A DNA stretch of 64,000 bases, from the NCBI GenBank assembly GCA_041687035.1, contig JAWLCS010000010.1, positions 17,624-81,623 on the forward strand. The letters are read 5' to 3'. This DNA is from Bacteroidales bacterium. GTDB taxonomy: Bacteria; Bacteroidota; Bacteroidia; Bacteroidales; UBA7960. Below, one piece after another: positions 27,078-37,766 of this stretch. Position numbers and translations under genes: made by a program. The notes below the pieces were generated by a model, which made no database searches, had not been told where the DNA came from, and saw only the letters and a list, made by a program, of their open reading frames with translations. Position 1 is the stretch's first letter, and every line of letters starts with the position of its first letter.

Positions 27078-30023
27078 ATGACATCAACCCCCGGTCATTT
27101 TCCGCTCGAGCAGTTGGCCCTGCAACTTGAGGGCGACTTGTTTTTCGATCAGACCTGGCGCATGCTGTATGCCACCGATGCTTCCGTTTACAGGGAATTG
27201 CCAGCAGCCGTTTGCCGCCCCAGAAATGCCGGCGACCTGAAGAAGATTATTTCTTTTTGCAACGAACATAGCCTGCCAATAGTGCCGCGAGCAGCAGGCA
27301 CCTCACTTGCCGGGCAAGTGGTGGGTCACGGACTGGTAGTCGACTTTTCCCGCTACATGACGCACATTCTCGAGTTGAACTTAGAAGAGCGCTGGGTTAA
27401 AGTAGAGCCCGGAGTAATCCTCGATGAGTTGAACCGTTTCCTGGCTCCCCACGGGTTGTTTTTTGGTCCTGAGACCTCTACCTCCAATCGCTGCATGATG
27501 GCGGGCATGGTTGCCAACAACTCCTGCGGTTCGCACTCGTTGGTATATGGCAGCACTCGCGACCATACCCTGGCCATAAAAGCTTTGCTGGCCGATGGCA
27601 GTGAAGCCATTTTCGAGGCGGTCGACCATGAAACCTTCAGAAAAAAATGTATTGGCAATAGCCTCGAAAACAGGATTTATAGCCAGATGTACGAACTGCT
27701 TTCCAAGTCAGAGAACCAGCAGGAAATCCGGGAGCAGTATCCCGACGCACGGCTCAGTCGCCGCAATACGGGCTATGCCCTCGACTTGCTTATGCAGTCG
27801 TCGGTGTTTAACGAAAGCCCCGAGCCCTTCAATTTCTGCAAGCTGCTGGCAGGTTCCGAAGGTTCGCTGGCCTTGTTCACAGAGATAACGCTCAACCTGG
27901 TTTCGCTACCCCCACCTGAGCAGGCATTGGTTTGCGTGCACCTCAACAGTGTGGAAGAAGCCCTGCGCGCCAACCTTATTGCCCTCAAACATGGTCCGGT
28001 GGCAGTCGAACTTATCGACAATAAGGTGCTAGAGTGCACCAAGGCCAATATTGCGCAGCGACAAAACCGCTTTTTTGTGCAGGGCGATCCGGGTGCCATA
28101 CTGGTGGTTGAGTTTGCCACCCAAACCCAGGAGGAGGTTATTCAAGATGCTGCTGCCATGGAGGCTGAAATGCGGGAAGCCGCCCTGGGCTATCACTTCC
28201 CTGTTATTTTTGGCAAGGACATAAACCGCGTATGGGCGTTGCGCAAAGCGGGTCTGGGCGTGCTTTCCAACACTCCCGGCGATGCCAAACCGGTGGCCGT
28301 TATAGAAGATGCCGCCGTGCATGTGGAGGCCCTGCCAAAGTTTATTGACGAGCACAATAAAATTCTGGAGGAGCTGAACCTCGAATGCGTCTATTATGCG
28401 CACATTGGAACAGGCGAGCTGCATTTGCGCCCCGTTCTTAACCTAAAGAACCCTGCCGACGTGGAGCGTTTCCATAAGGTTGCACTCGAAACGGCCTTAC
28501 TGGTTAAGCGCTTCCGCGGCTCCCTCAGTGGCGAGCATGGCGATGGCAGGCTGCGTGGCGAGTTTATTCCGCTAATGCTGGGCGAAAAAGTCTACGCCAT
28601 GCTGCAACAGGTAAAAAAGACCTGGGACCCGCAAGGCCTTTTCAACCCCGGTAAGATTACCGACACCCCTTCCATGAAGACTTTTTTGCGTTACCGGCCA
28701 GGGCTCCCTGAACGCAAACTGAAAACTTTCTTCAACTACGAAAATACCCGGGGTTTCCTGCGTGCAGTAGAACAATGCAATGGCTCGGGCGATTGCCGTA
28801 AGCCGGCCACAATGGGCGGCGTTATGTGCCCCAGCTACCATGCCACCCTCAATGAAACGGACACCACGCGTGGCCGCGCCAACGTGCTGCGCGAGATCGT
28901 CACCAACTCGGGCAAAAAAAATCCTTTCGACCATAAAGAACTACTGCAGGTGCTCGACCTCTGCCTCGCCTGCAAGGGCTGCAAGGCCGAGTGCCCCTCA
29001 AATGTGGATATGGGGCGTTATAAATCGGAAGTACTGCAGCAATATTACCTTGCCAACAGCACCCCTTTCAGGGCGCAAATGATAGCCGCTTTCGCGGAAA
29101 TGAATCGCCTGGCCAGCTTGGTTCCGTCGCTTTACAACGGCCTGGTAAAAAACCGTTTTACGGGTGGCATTATTAAAAGCATCATGGGCTTTTCGCGAAA
29201 GCGAAGCATGCCTCTGCTGCAAAAAACCACCCTGAAAAATTGGGCAGCCCGGCATTTACAGGATATAAACGCAAAACTGGATGGATCACGAAAGGTTTGG
29301 TTGTTTTGTGATGAGTTTACCAATTACAACGATACCCAAACGGGTATCAACGCCATTTTACTGCTTCATGGCCTGGGCTATAAGGTAGAAATCCCTGAGC
29401 ATGTCGAAAGCGGGCGGGCAGCTATTTCGAAAGGCCTGCTGAAAAAAGCAGCCAGCCTGGCCGAGAAAAATGTTAGTCTTTTGCATGAATTGGTTAGTGA
29501 AGATCAGCCACTGATTGGCATTGAGCCTTCGGCCATTCTTGGTTTCCGCGATGAATACCCCGATCTCTGCCATGAAGAACTGACCGAAGCGGCACTAAAA
29601 CTTTCAAAAAACACCTTGACCATTGAAGAGTTTATCTGCCGCGAGCACGAAGCAGGCCGTATCGATTGCAGCCTCTTTTCCGCCGAAAGGCGGGATATTT
29701 ACTTCCATGGCCACTGCCACCAGAAAGCCCTTTCGAAGGTTGATTATTCATTGAAAATGATGCAAATACCGTCCAACAACCACATTACCAGCATTGAATG
29801 CGGTTGCTGCGGCATGGCAGGATCGTTTGGCTACGAGAAAAAACATTACGAGCTGAGCATGCAAATTGCAGAGATGGAGCTGCTTCCGGCCATCCGGCAG
29901 GCGCCTGAACAAGCCATTATTTCCGCCTCTGGCACAAGCTGCCGCCACCAGATACTCGATGGCACCGGACGAAAAGCCCTTCACCCAATTGATGTATTGC
30001 TGTTATCGCTGCTCAGGCAGTAA
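27078..30023 (+). CDS. FAD-binding and Fe-S-binding oxidoreductase, YdiJ-like (putative D-2-hydroxyacid dehydrogenase)
   Basis: 981 aa with an N-terminal FAD-binding PCMH-type domain (PRAAGTSLAGQ). Also has a 4Fe-4S motif CLACKGCKAECPSNVDM and C-terminal CCG-type Cys-rich repeats (CGCCGMAGSFGYE). Confidence 0.8.
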   Translation: MTSTPGHFPLEQLALQLEGDLFFDQTWRMLYATDASVYRELPAAVCRPRNAGDLKKIISFCNEHSLPIVPRAAGTSLAGQVVGHGLVVDFSRYMTHILELNLEERWVKVEPGVILDELNRFLAPHGLFFGPETSTSNRCMMAGMVANNSCGSHSLVYGSTRDHTLAIKALLADGSEAIFEAVDHETFRKKCIGNSLENRIYSQMYELLSKSENQQEIREQYPDARLSRRNTGYALDLLMQSSVFNESPEPFNFCKLLAGSEGSLALFTEITLNLVSLPPPEQALVCVHLNSVEEALRANLIALKHGPVAVELIDNKVLECTKANIAQRQNRFFVQGDPGAILVVEFATQTQEEVIQDAAAMEAEMREAALGYHFPVIFGKDINRVWALRKAGLGVLSNTPGDAKPVAVIEDAAVHVEALPKFIDEHNKILEELNLECVYYAHIGTGELHLRPVLNLKNPADVERFHKVALETALLVKRFRGSLSGEHGDGRLRGEFIPLMLGEKVYAMLQQVKKTWDPQGLFNPGKITDTPSMKTFLRYRPGLPERKLKTFFNYENTRGFLRAVEQCNGSGDCRKPATMGGVMCPSYHATLNETDTTRGRANVLREIVTNSGKKNPFDHKELLQVLDLCLACKGCKAECPSNVDMGRYKSEVLQQYYLANSTPFRAQMIAAFAEMNRLASLVPSLYNGLVKNRFTGGIIKSIMGFSRKRSMPLLQKTTLKNWAARHLQDINAKLDGSRKVWLFCDEFTNYNDTQTGINAILLLHGLGYKVEIPEHVESGRAAISKGLLKKAASLAEKNVSLLHELVSEDQPLIGIEPSAILGFRDEYPDLCHEELTEAALKLSKNTLTIEEFICREHEAGRIDCSLFSAERRDIYFHGHCHQKALSKVDYSLKMMQIPSNNHITSIECGCCGMAGSFGYEKKHYELSMQIAEMELLPAIRQAPEQAIISASGTSCRHQILDGTGRKALHPIDVLLLSLLRQ

Positions 30024-30162
30024 TTTTTTCTTCGAAAGCATCCCCTGAAGCCCTGAAAATAATTCATGCCATTTTCTTTTTTTACGCGTAGGAAAGCTGT
30101 AATTTTGTAATGGCAAATGCCTGAATTTCAAAGTATTCATTCAGATCTTCTTTATACGTTAC

Positions 30163-31077
30163 ATGTCCCGCTTTTTTGTACTTTTAACCTCCATCCTTTT
30201 TTCACTTCCGGTCTTTTCACAAACTTCGCATGATTTTCTGCTGAAGGGTCTGCAGCATTTCACGGGCCAACAATACCAGGCGGCCGTTGAGTCCTTTACC
30301 AAAGCCATTGAACTGAATCCTGTCCAGGACGAAGCTTGGTTTAAACGCGGGCAAGCCAACCTCGAACTTGGCCGGCTTAATCAAGCCACCCGTGATTTTA
30401 CTGAAGTGATTGCCCTTCGTCCAAACCACGGCGAGGCTTATTATTTCCGGGCCTTAACCGAAGCAAAAAATGGGCAGCCCGCCGAAGCACTTAAAGACCT
30501 GAACCGGGCCCTTGAAATAGACTCCACATTGGTGCAGGCTTACCTGCTGAGGGTTGAGCTGGGCCAGAAAGCCGGAAGAAACGGGGAGATAATGTCTGAC
30601 CTGAACCGCGCCATTAACCTGGCGCCAAACAATCCCAACGCCTATTTTTTGCGGGCAATGCAATGGAGCAAAAACGGAAATTATGAAAAGGCTTACGAAG
30701 ACCTAAGCCATGCCCTAACCTTCGATCCTGGACATGCCGAAATGCGGGTGGAACGAAGCCAGCTTTGCATGAGGAAAGGATTTTTTCTCCAGGCTGCCGA
30801 AGACCTTAGTTCAGCCATAGATCATGGCCTCGACTACGCCGACAATTACCAGTTAAGGGCACAGGCTTATTTTCAGGCCGAGCAGTATGCCGAGGCCATT
30901 GCCGACTATACCATGCTTATCAACACCTTCAGCCGCCGTACCAGCCAGAATTATTACCAGCGAGGGCTCTCGCGCATTCAAACCAACGACTTGGCCGGGG
31001 CTTGCGATGACCTAAACAAGGCCTCAAACCTGGGACACGCCGAAGCAAGGAAAAAAGCAAATGAGGTTTGCAAATAG
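30163..31077 (+). CDS. secreted tetratricopeptide (TPR) repeat protein
   Basis: 304 aa with a signal peptide and repeated A..Y..RA......G....A..D...A TPR pattern. Confidence 0.75.
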   Translation: MSRFFVLLTSILFSLPVFSQTSHDFLLKGLQHFTGQQYQAAVESFTKAIELNPVQDEAWFKRGQANLELGRLNQATRDFTEVIALRPNHGEAYYFRALTEAKNGQPAEALKDLNRALEIDSTLVQAYLLRVELGQKAGRNGEIMSDLNRAINLAPNNPNAYFLRAMQWSKNGNYEKAYEDLSHALTFDPGHAEMRVERSQLCMRKGFFLQAAEDLSSAIDHGLDYADNYQLRAQAYFQAEQYAEAIADYTMLINTFSRRTSQNYYQRGLSRIQTNDLAGACDDLNKASNLGHAEARKKANEVCK

Positions 31078-31193
31078 CAGGGCCCTTGGGAACTTAAGTG
31101 ACTTAAAGGACCTAAATGAAAAAGATATTAAGAGATCAAGGGGCTAAGAGATAAAAAATACAGGAACATAAGAACCGAGAGTATGTAAAATAG

Positions 31194-31231
31194 AAAAAGC
31201 CGCCCTGGAGCAATCCAGGGCGGCTTTTTTT
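31194..31231. terminator. bidirectional intrinsic terminator between convergent TPR and rpsA genes
   Basis: aaaaaGCCGCCCTGGAgcaaTCCAGGGCGGCttttttt: an 11-bp perfect stem and GCAA tetraloop, flanked by an A-run and a T-run. Confidence 0.8.
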
Positions 31232-31252
31232 ATTTGAATTAAACCAGGGTTG

Positions 31253-33553
31253 TTATTCCTTGGTTTCTTCAGCTTCGTCAGCAGCGGGTTTTTCCTCCGC
31301 GGCAGGGGCTTCAGCAGCAGGCTTTTCCTCCGCAGCAGGGGCTTCTTCTTCAGGAGCCTCGTCCTTCTTCTTGCGGGTAGTTTTTGCCTTTGGCTTCTCT
31401 TCCTGAACTTCTTCCTGGACCTCTTCTTTTGCCTTCTCTTTTTCGTCCATGGCGGCCAGTTTTTCCTTGAGAGCGGTTTTCTCGGTCTTCTCAATTTCTG
31501 ACTTCAGGTTGGCAAGCACGCTCAGGTCACCAAGGGTGGTCTTTTCCATGTTATCCTTGATTTTCTTCACAGCGGTCTTGGTTGTTTTCTCCTTGGCTTT
31601 ACGATCGGCTGTTTCAGCAGATTTCTCAGCTGATTTCACATCCTGGAAAACCTTAGTATGGGAAACAACGATTTTCTTGCTTTCCTTGTTAAACTCAATC
31701 ACTTTGAAGTCGAGAGTTTCGTCCATTTTGGCGGGGCTGCCGTCTTCCTTCACAATGTGGCGGGTGGGTGCAAAACCTTCCACGCCATAGGGAAGCGAAA
31801 CGATCACACCTTTGTCGGAAGTACCAACAATAGTACCCTGATGAACGGAATCGATAGTAAACACGCTTTCGAACACATCCCATGGATTTTCTTCCAGCTG
31901 CTTGTGGCCGAGGCTCAGGCGGCGGTTTTCCTTATCCACATCAAGAACAACCACTTCGATGCTTTCACCAATCTTGGTAAATTCAGCAGGGTGCTTGATC
32001 TTTTTGCTCCAGGAAAGGTCGCTGATATGAATCAGACCATCCACACCTTCTTCCAGTTCAACAAAAATTCCGAAGTTGGTAAAGTTGCGAACGGTGGCGG
32101 TGTGCTTTGAGTTTACGGGATATTTCTCCACGATGTTTTCCCATGGATCGGGAATCAGTTGCTTGATACCGAGCGACATTTTGCGCTCTTCGCGGTCCAG
32201 GGTTAGGATAATGGCGTCTACCTCGTCGCCCACCTTAAGGAAGTCCTGGGCGGTGCGCAGATGCTGCGACCATGACATTTCAGAAACGTGGATAAGGCCT
32301 TCCACGCCGGGGGCAATCTCGATAAATGCACCGTAGTCGGCAATAACCACTACCTTGCCTTTTACCTTGTCGCCCACCTTCATGGTTTCATCAAGCGAAT
32401 CCCATGGGTGTGAAGTAAGCTGCTTGAGGCCAAGGGCAATACGCTTCTTGTTCTCGTCGAAATCGAGGATAACCACGTTGATTTTCTCATCGAGGTTGAC
32501 GATTTCTTCGGGGTGATTGATGCGGCCCCAGGAAAGGTCGGTAATGTGGATAAGACCATCAACACCACCCAAGTCGACAAACACACCATAAGATGTAATA
32601 TTCTTCACAGTTCCTTCGAGGATCTGTCCTTTTTCAAGTTTGGCAATAATTTCGGCTTTCTGGATCTCCAGTTCGGCTTCGATAAGGGCTTTGTGAGATA
32701 CTACCACGTTCTTGTATTCGTGGTTGATTTTCACCACCTTGAACTCCATGGTTTTGCCCACGTAGATATCGTAATCGCGAATGGGTTTCACATCAATCTG
32801 TGAGCCGGGCAGGAAGGCCTCGATGCCAAATACATCTACAATAAGGCCACCTTTTGTGCGGCACTTCACGAAACCATTGATGATCTCGTCCTTGTCCATT
32901 GCTGCGTTGATACGCTCCCACGAACGCAGGGTGCGGGCCTTCTTGTGCGAGAGCACGAGCTGGCCGCTGGTATCTTCCTGGCTTTCTACATACACTTCAA
33001 TGGGATCGCCAACACTAAGATTGGCGTTGTAGCGAACTTCAGCTGCAGGAATGACCCCGTCGGATTTGAAGCCAATGTTAACTACCACTTCACGGTTGTT
33101 CATTGAAACAACAGTGCCATCGATTACTTCACCCTCGCCAATCGACTTAAGGGTTTCATCGTACAGGCTTTCCATGCGCTGGCGCTCAGCAGCAGAATAT
33201 GCTTCCTGCTTCTTACCAATGGAATCCCAGTCAAATTCGCCTGCCACCTGCGCAGTAAATGCGCTTGTGCTGGTTTTCTTTTTTGGGGTTTCTGGCTGAG
33301 TTTCAACTTTGGGCGTTTCAACAACCTCTTCTGCCGGGGCTTCAGCTGCTTCTTCAGCAGGAGTTTCGGTTACCTCCTCAGCAGGTGTTTCAGCTACTTC
33401 TTCAGCAGAAGTTTCGGTTACCTCCTCAGCAGGTGTTTCAGCTACTTCTTCAGCAGGAGTTTCAATAGCTTCGGGTTGGTTTTCGGTTTGCTCAACAGGC
33501 TTTTCTGCTGGCTGCTCTTCCGAAGGGTTCAGATTTTTGTTTTCTTCTGACAT
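31253..33553 (-). CDS. rpsA: 30S ribosomal protein S1 with acidic repeat extensions
   Basis: 766 aa with six S1 (OB) motifs (G.V......G..V.L..GV.G..H.S). Low-complexity PAEEV(A/T)ET repeats at the N-terminus, and K/E-rich plus EEKPAA repeats at the C-terminus. Confidence 0.9.
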   Translation of the reverse strand: MSEENKNLNPSEEQPAEKPVEQTENQPEAIETPAEEVAETPAEEVTETSAEEVAETPAEEVTETPAEEAAEAPAEEVVETPKVETQPETPKKKTSTSAFTAQVAGEFDWDSIGKKQEAYSAAERQRMESLYDETLKSIGEGEVIDGTVVSMNNREVVVNIGFKSDGVIPAAEVRYNANLSVGDPIEVYVESQEDTSGQLVLSHKKARTLRSWERINAAMDKDEIINGFVKCRTKGGLIVDVFGIEAFLPGSQIDVKPIRDYDIYVGKTMEFKVVKINHEYKNVVVSHKALIEAELEIQKAEIIAKLEKGQILEGTVKNITSYGVFVDLGGVDGLIHITDLSWGRINHPEEIVNLDEKINVVILDFDENKKRIALGLKQLTSHPWDSLDETMKVGDKVKGKVVVIADYGAFIEIAPGVEGLIHVSEMSWSQHLRTAQDFLKVGDEVDAIILTLDREERKMSLGIKQLIPDPWENIVEKYPVNSKHTATVRNFTNFGIFVELEEGVDGLIHISDLSWSKKIKHPAEFTKIGESIEVVVLDVDKENRRLSLGHKQLEENPWDVFESVFTIDSVHQGTIVGTSDKGVIVSLPYGVEGFAPTRHIVKEDGSPAKMDETLDFKVIEFNKESKKIVVSHTKVFQDVKSAEKSAETADRKAKEKTTKTAVKKIKDNMEKTTLGDLSVLANLKSEIEKTEKTALKEKLAAMDEKEKAKEEVQEEVQEEKPKAKTTRKKKDEAPEEEAPAAEEKPAAEAPAAEEKPAADEAEETKE
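33335..33470 (-). repeat. 48-nt tandem repeat (about 2.5 copies) inside the 5' part of rpsA
   Basis: The unit cttcttcagcagRagtttcggttacctcctcagcaggtgtttcagcta occurs at about 33349, 33397 and (partially) 33445. It encodes the TPAEEVAETPAEEVTE repeats. Confidence 0.8.
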
Positions 33554-33713
33554 TTAAAAAGGGTGATTAAATACTGTGGTTTTCCGGAGTTTCGCATGCT
33601 TGCTCCAGACAAACCGGGTTAAACAATAAGTGAATTACAGGCCCTGAAAAGGGACTGCAAAGGTAGAATTTTTTCCACAAACAACAAACTAAATATCAGA
33701 TTTTAAGGCACTT

Positions 33714-36170
33714 TTACACCTCAAACTGAATGGGCTTTTTCACGGCTTCCTTTTCCATGGCCAGATCGACTACTTCGATCATTTCTCTGATATATACAAA
33801 TTCGAGGCCCTGCAGGTAGAGTTGGTTGATCTCTGCCACGTCTTTACGGTTGTCGGCAGATAGGATAATAGTCTGTATTCCCGCGCGTTTTGCGGCCAGA
33901 ATCTTCTCCTTAATGCCGCCTACGGGCAATACTTTTCCACGAAGAGTAATCTCGCCCGTCATGGCTACGCCGGGTTTCACCTTACGCTGGGAAAAAGCAG
34001 AAGTGAGGGCGGCAAACATGGTGATACCTGCCGATGGGCCGTCTTTTGGGGTGGCACCTTCGGGCACGTGCATATGCACATTGTACTTTTCGAAAATGCG
34101 TGAGTCTATTCCCAGGTTGGGAGCCTGCGACTTGAGGTATTCGTAGGCCAGAGTGGCCGATTCCTTCATCACGTCGCCAAGATTACCTGTAAGGGTCAAC
34201 TGGCCCTTGCCTTTACTTATGCTCACCTCTATGAAAAGCACCTCTCCCCCCGCCCAGGTCCAGGCCAGGCCGGTCATAACGCCAGCCAGGTCTTTGAGCT
34301 GCGACTGATCACGGGTAAATACAGGTGCGCCCAGAATTTTTTCAACTTCTTCCACTTTCAGGCTGGGATCGAAGGTCTCTCCCATAACAATTTCGCGGGC
34401 CTTTGCACGTATCACTTTGGCAACGCGCTTTTCAAGAGTCCTTACCCCCGACTCGCGCGTATAATCCTGGATAATTTTCTCGAGCACTTTTTTGCTGAAC
34501 TTCAGTTGGTCTTTTTCCAGTCCGTGCTCAGACAACTGCTTGGGCACCAGATGACGGCGCGCTATTTCAATTTTTTCCTCTACGATATAGCCGCTTAGGT
34601 GAATGATCTCCATTCGGTCGCGCAGGGCAGGCTGAATATTGGTAAGATTGTTGGCGGTGGCAATAAACATTACATTGGAAAGGTCGTAGTCCACCTCCAG
34701 GTAGTTGTCGTAAAAGGCTACGTTCTGCTCGGGGTCGAGCACTTCGAGCATGGCCGAAGACGGATCACCCGAGAAGGTCTGGTAGCCCACCTTGTCGATT
34801 TCGTCGAGCACAAAAACGGGATTGCTTTTCTTGGCCTTTTTAAGATTCTGAATGATGCGGCCGGGCATGGCTCCCACATAGGTTTTGCGGTGCCCACGAA
34901 TTTCAGCCTCGTCGCGAAGCCCACCCAACGACATACGAATGTACTGGCGCCCAACAGCCTCGGCTATGGATTTACCCAAGGAGGTTTTGCCCACCCCGGG
35001 AGGTCCAACAAAGCACAATATGGGTGACTTCATATTACCTTTAAGCTTCAGCACGGCGAGATATTCGATAATGCGTTCCTTGATCTTTTCAAGGCCATAA
35101 TGATCGCGATCGAGCACCCGTTGTGCCTTCTTAAGGTCGAACTTGTCCTTCGAGAACTCGTTCCAGGGAAGCTCCACCAGGGTTTCGAGGTAGTTGAGGT
35201 GAATGGAGAATTCCATGGCAGCGGGGTTTATTCGCTGCAACTTAACAATCTCTTTCTCAAAAACATCCTGCACCTGCTTGCTCCATTTTTTTCCTTTGGC
35301 GCGCTCTTTCAGATCGGCAATCTGCTGATCGTAAGGGTTGCCACCCAGTTCTTCCTGTATGGTTTTCAGTTGCTGATTGAGGATATAGTCGCGCTGCTGC
35401 TTGTCAATATCCACTTTCACCTTCGACTGAATCTGGTTCTTGAGTTCCACCACCTGCAACTCACGGGTAAGGTGCTCCAGCACAATATTGGCCCGTTCGT
35501 TCAAGTCGGGTGTTTCGAGCAGCTTTTGCTTCTGTTCGTTGTCAATATTCAGGTTAGAAGAAATAAAATTGACCAGAAAGGCGGGGCTTTCAATATTTTT
35601 AATGGCAAAAGCCGCCTCACTGGGTATGTTGGCCGAAAGCTTCACGATTTGAATGGAGAGATCCTTAATGGTAGCAATCAATGCCTTGAACCGTTGATCG
35701 CTTTTCACCTTTATCTTGCTGTCGAAAGCAACCACCCTGGCTTTGAAATATGGCTCTGTGGTTACCAGTTCCTTTATTTCAAGTCTTTTTTTACCTTGAA
35801 TTATAACCGTGGTGTTGCCATCGGGCATTTGCAGGGTCTTTAAAATATGGGCAAAAGTACCGATGCGGTTCAGGTCTTCGAACTCCGGATCTTCGATATC
35901 GGCATTCTTTTGAGATACTACACCAATCACGCGGTTCTTTTTGTAAACTTCTTTTACCAGGCGAATGGATTTATCGCGGCCCACAGTAATGGGAATGACC
36001 ACCCCGGGAAACAGCACCGTATTTTTTAAAGGAAGTATGGGAAGAATATCAGGAATCTGCTCAGCGGCCATCTGCTCTTCTTCTTCAGAGCTAAGCAAAG
36101 GAATGAATTCACTATCGGCATCCATAATATCAGAAAATTGAAGGCTTTCTCTTTCAAAAAAATTATCCAT
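33714..36170 (-). CDS. lon: ATP-dependent Lon protease (endopeptidase La)
   Basis: 818 aa with a LON N-domain, Walker [10 protein letters not shown] and protease motif [11 protein letters not shown] (catalytic Ser). Confidence 0.95.
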   Translation of the reverse strand: MDNFFERESLQFSDIMDADSEFIPLLSSEEEEQMAAEQIPDILPILPLKNTVLFPGVVIPITVGRDKSIRLVKEVYKKNRVIGVVSQKNADIEDPEFEDLNRIGTFAHILKTLQMPDGNTTVIIQGKKRLEIKELVTTEPYFKARVVAFDSKIKVKSDQRFKALIATIKDLSIQIVKLSANIPSEAAFAIKNIESPAFLVNFISSNLNIDNEQKQKLLETPDLNERANIVLEHLTRELQVVELKNQIQSKVKVDIDKQQRDYILNQQLKTIQEELGGNPYDQQIADLKERAKGKKWSKQVQDVFEKEIVKLQRINPAAMEFSIHLNYLETLVELPWNEFSKDKFDLKKAQRVLDRDHYGLEKIKERIIEYLAVLKLKGNMKSPILCFVGPPGVGKTSLGKSIAEAVGRQYIRMSLGGLRDEAEIRGHRKTYVGAMPGRIIQNLKKAKKSNPVFVLDEIDKVGYQTFSGDPSSAMLEVLDPEQNVAFYDNYLEVDYDLSNVMFIATANNLTNIQPALRDRMEIIHLSGYIVEEKIEIARRHLVPKQLSEHGLEKDQLKFSKKVLEKIIQDYTRESGVRTLEKRVAKVIRAKAREIVMGETFDPSLKVEEVEKILGAPVFTRDQSQLKDLAGVMTGLAWTWAGGEVLFIEVSISKGKGQLTLTGNLGDVMKESATLAYEYLKSQAPNLGIDSRIFEKYNVHMHVPEGATPKDGPSAGITMFAALTSAFSQRKVKPGVAMTGEITLRGKVLPVGGIKEKILAAKRAGIQTIILSADNRKDVAEINQLYLQGLEFVYIREMIEVVDLAMEKEAVKKPIQFEV

Positions 36171-36398
36171 ATCAGAATTTTAACGTCAAATTGTCATTAA
36201 TAAATGAAATAAAGGCAGGTTTAAAACCAACAGCCTTACACCTTTATTGTTTTAAATCTTTTAAACACTGCAAAACCAGCATATTACAGCTTTGAAAATA
36301 TTTTCTCAAATTATTCTTGTTTAAGGCCATAGTAAGGAACAACAGCCGTGCCATTAAAACAGAAGGAATAAAAAGCACCAAATTGTCAGCCCTTAAAC

Positions 36399-36438
36399 AA
36401 AAAAGGTGCTTTGCAAGTTTGGCAAAGCACCCAAAAAA
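36399..36438 (-). terminator. intrinsic terminator downstream of the GlmU-like gene
   Basis: GGTGCTTTGCaagtttgGCAAAGCACC: a 10-bp stem. The minus-strand reading is followed by TTTTTTG. It lies about 20 nt after the stop at 36456. Confidence 0.6.
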
Positions 36439-36455
36439 TTTATTCTCAGCACTTT

Positions 36456-37643
36456 TTACAGTCGCCGGTAATTAAACGACTGGTTGTATACGTTTCGCAA
36501 AATGCTTTCTTCCACTTCACCGAAGTCGAGGTCACGACGGGCATACACCCGCTGGGCCACCTGCACGGCTTTATTAATATCAACATTACTGAAGCCAGCC
36601 ACGCTTCCCCATGAAAATGATGGAATAAAGTTGCGCATGAAGCCGGCGCCAAAGATCTGGGCATTGATACCCACCACCGTGCCGGTATTAAACATGGTGT
36701 TGATACCGCACTTGGAATAGTCGCCCATAAAAGTGCCACAAAACTGCAGCCCGGTATTTACGAAGCTGTTTTCAGCATAATTCCAAAGGCGCACCTCGTC
36801 ATAGTTGTTTTTCAGGTTGGAGGCATTGGTGTCGGCCCCGAGGTTGCACCATTCACCAATAACACTGTGGCCCAGGAAGCCGTCGTGGGCCTTGTTGGTG
36901 TAACCTAAAATAACCGAATGGCTCATTTCCCCGCCCACTTTGCAATACGGTCCGATCGAGGATCCCGGATAAATCTTGGCACCCATTCTTATCTTTGAAT
37001 ACTCGCCTACCGCGAGGGGACCACGCAGCATGGCGCCATCCATAATGTGTGCATTTTTTCCAATATAAACCGGCCCTTCAGAAGCATTAATAAAAGCCAT
37101 TTCAAGCACGGCGCCCTCCTCAACAAACACATTTTCGGGGGCAATAACCCGCACGTGATTGCCAAGGGGCTGGCTTTTACGTCCTTTGGTAATCAGGGCA
37201 AAATCGTCGATAATGGCCTGATCATTCAAGGTAACAATATCCCAGAGGTTGGAAAGTTTAATTACCGGTGCCTTGCTTTCCAAAGGCTCCACGGCTTCAA
37301 GCAAATCACTATCCAGGTTGTCAATATCCTTGTCGCGAATCCTGTGGGCAATCAGGGTTTCGCCTGTTACCAGCGTTTGGTTGGGCTTCAGTTTTTTGAT
37401 TTCTGCAATCAGCTTATCATTTGGAAAAACACTGGCGTTGACCAGTACATTATCCTCTTCTTTCACCAGGGGATATTTCACGCTGAGGTAGTCCTGGGTA
37501 AGCGAAGAAGTCTTTTTGCCCAGGTAACGCTCCCATTTTTCGCGAATGGTAAATATTCCAACACGAATATCGGCTATAGGGCGAATAAAGGTAAAAGGAA
37601 GCAAATGGGTGCGGGTTTGGTCACCGAAAAGAATATAATTCAT
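36456..37643 (-). CDS. GlmU-like sugar nucleotidyl/acyl-transferase (left-handed beta-helix)
   Basis: 395 aa with C-terminal hexapeptide repeats (IG.N..I..GA.I....) and an N-terminal nucleotidyltransferase-like region. Confidence 0.6.
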   Translation of the reverse strand: MNYILFGDQTRTHLLPFTFIRPIADIRVGIFTIREKWERYLGKKTSSLTQDYLSVKYPLVKEEDNVLVNASVFPNDKLIAEIKKLKPNQTLVTGETLIAHRIRDKDIDNLDSDLLEAVEPLESKAPVIKLSNLWDIVTLNDQAIIDDFALITKGRKSQPLGNHVRVIAPENVFVEEGAVLEMAFINASEGPVYIGKNAHIMDGAMLRGPLAVGEYSKIRMGAKIYPGSSIGPYCKVGGEMSHSVILGYTNKAHDGFLGHSVIGEWCNLGADTNASNLKNNYDEVRLWNYAENSFVNTGLQFCGTFMGDYSKCGINTMFNTGTVVGINAQIFGAGFMRNFIPSFSWGSVAGFSNVDINKAVQVAQRVYARRDLDFGEVEESILRNVYNQSFNYRRL

Positions 37644-37706
37644 CTTGATTATGGTTAATTTGTCAATAGGTTTGGCTCAAAAACGCTTAAAGATAGAAAA
37701 AAATAT

Positions 37707-37734
37707 TAAAAAAAAAGCCCTTAAAAAAAGGGCT
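37707..37734 (-). terminator. intrinsic terminator after rpmE2
   Basis: Minus-strand reading is AGCCCTtttttttAAGGGCT followed by a T9 run, about 35 nt after the stop. Confidence 0.6.
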
Positions 37735-37766
37735 GATTAAAAAAGTATCCTGAAGAAATGTTCTTA

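Noticed and set aside
31144-31501. Arg/Lys-rich 116-aa ORF and other ORFs overlapping the 3' end of rpsA, plus 33259..33557 frames over its 5' repeats
   Set aside because: They are alternative-frame readings of the low-complexity repeat DNA of rpsA. Their composition (poly-RK, poly-LQQ, poly-SA) is a repeat artefact.
35100-35843. 247-aa antisense ORF inside lon
   Set aside because: It is the opposite strand of a highly conserved gene and has no recognisable motif. Shadow ORF.
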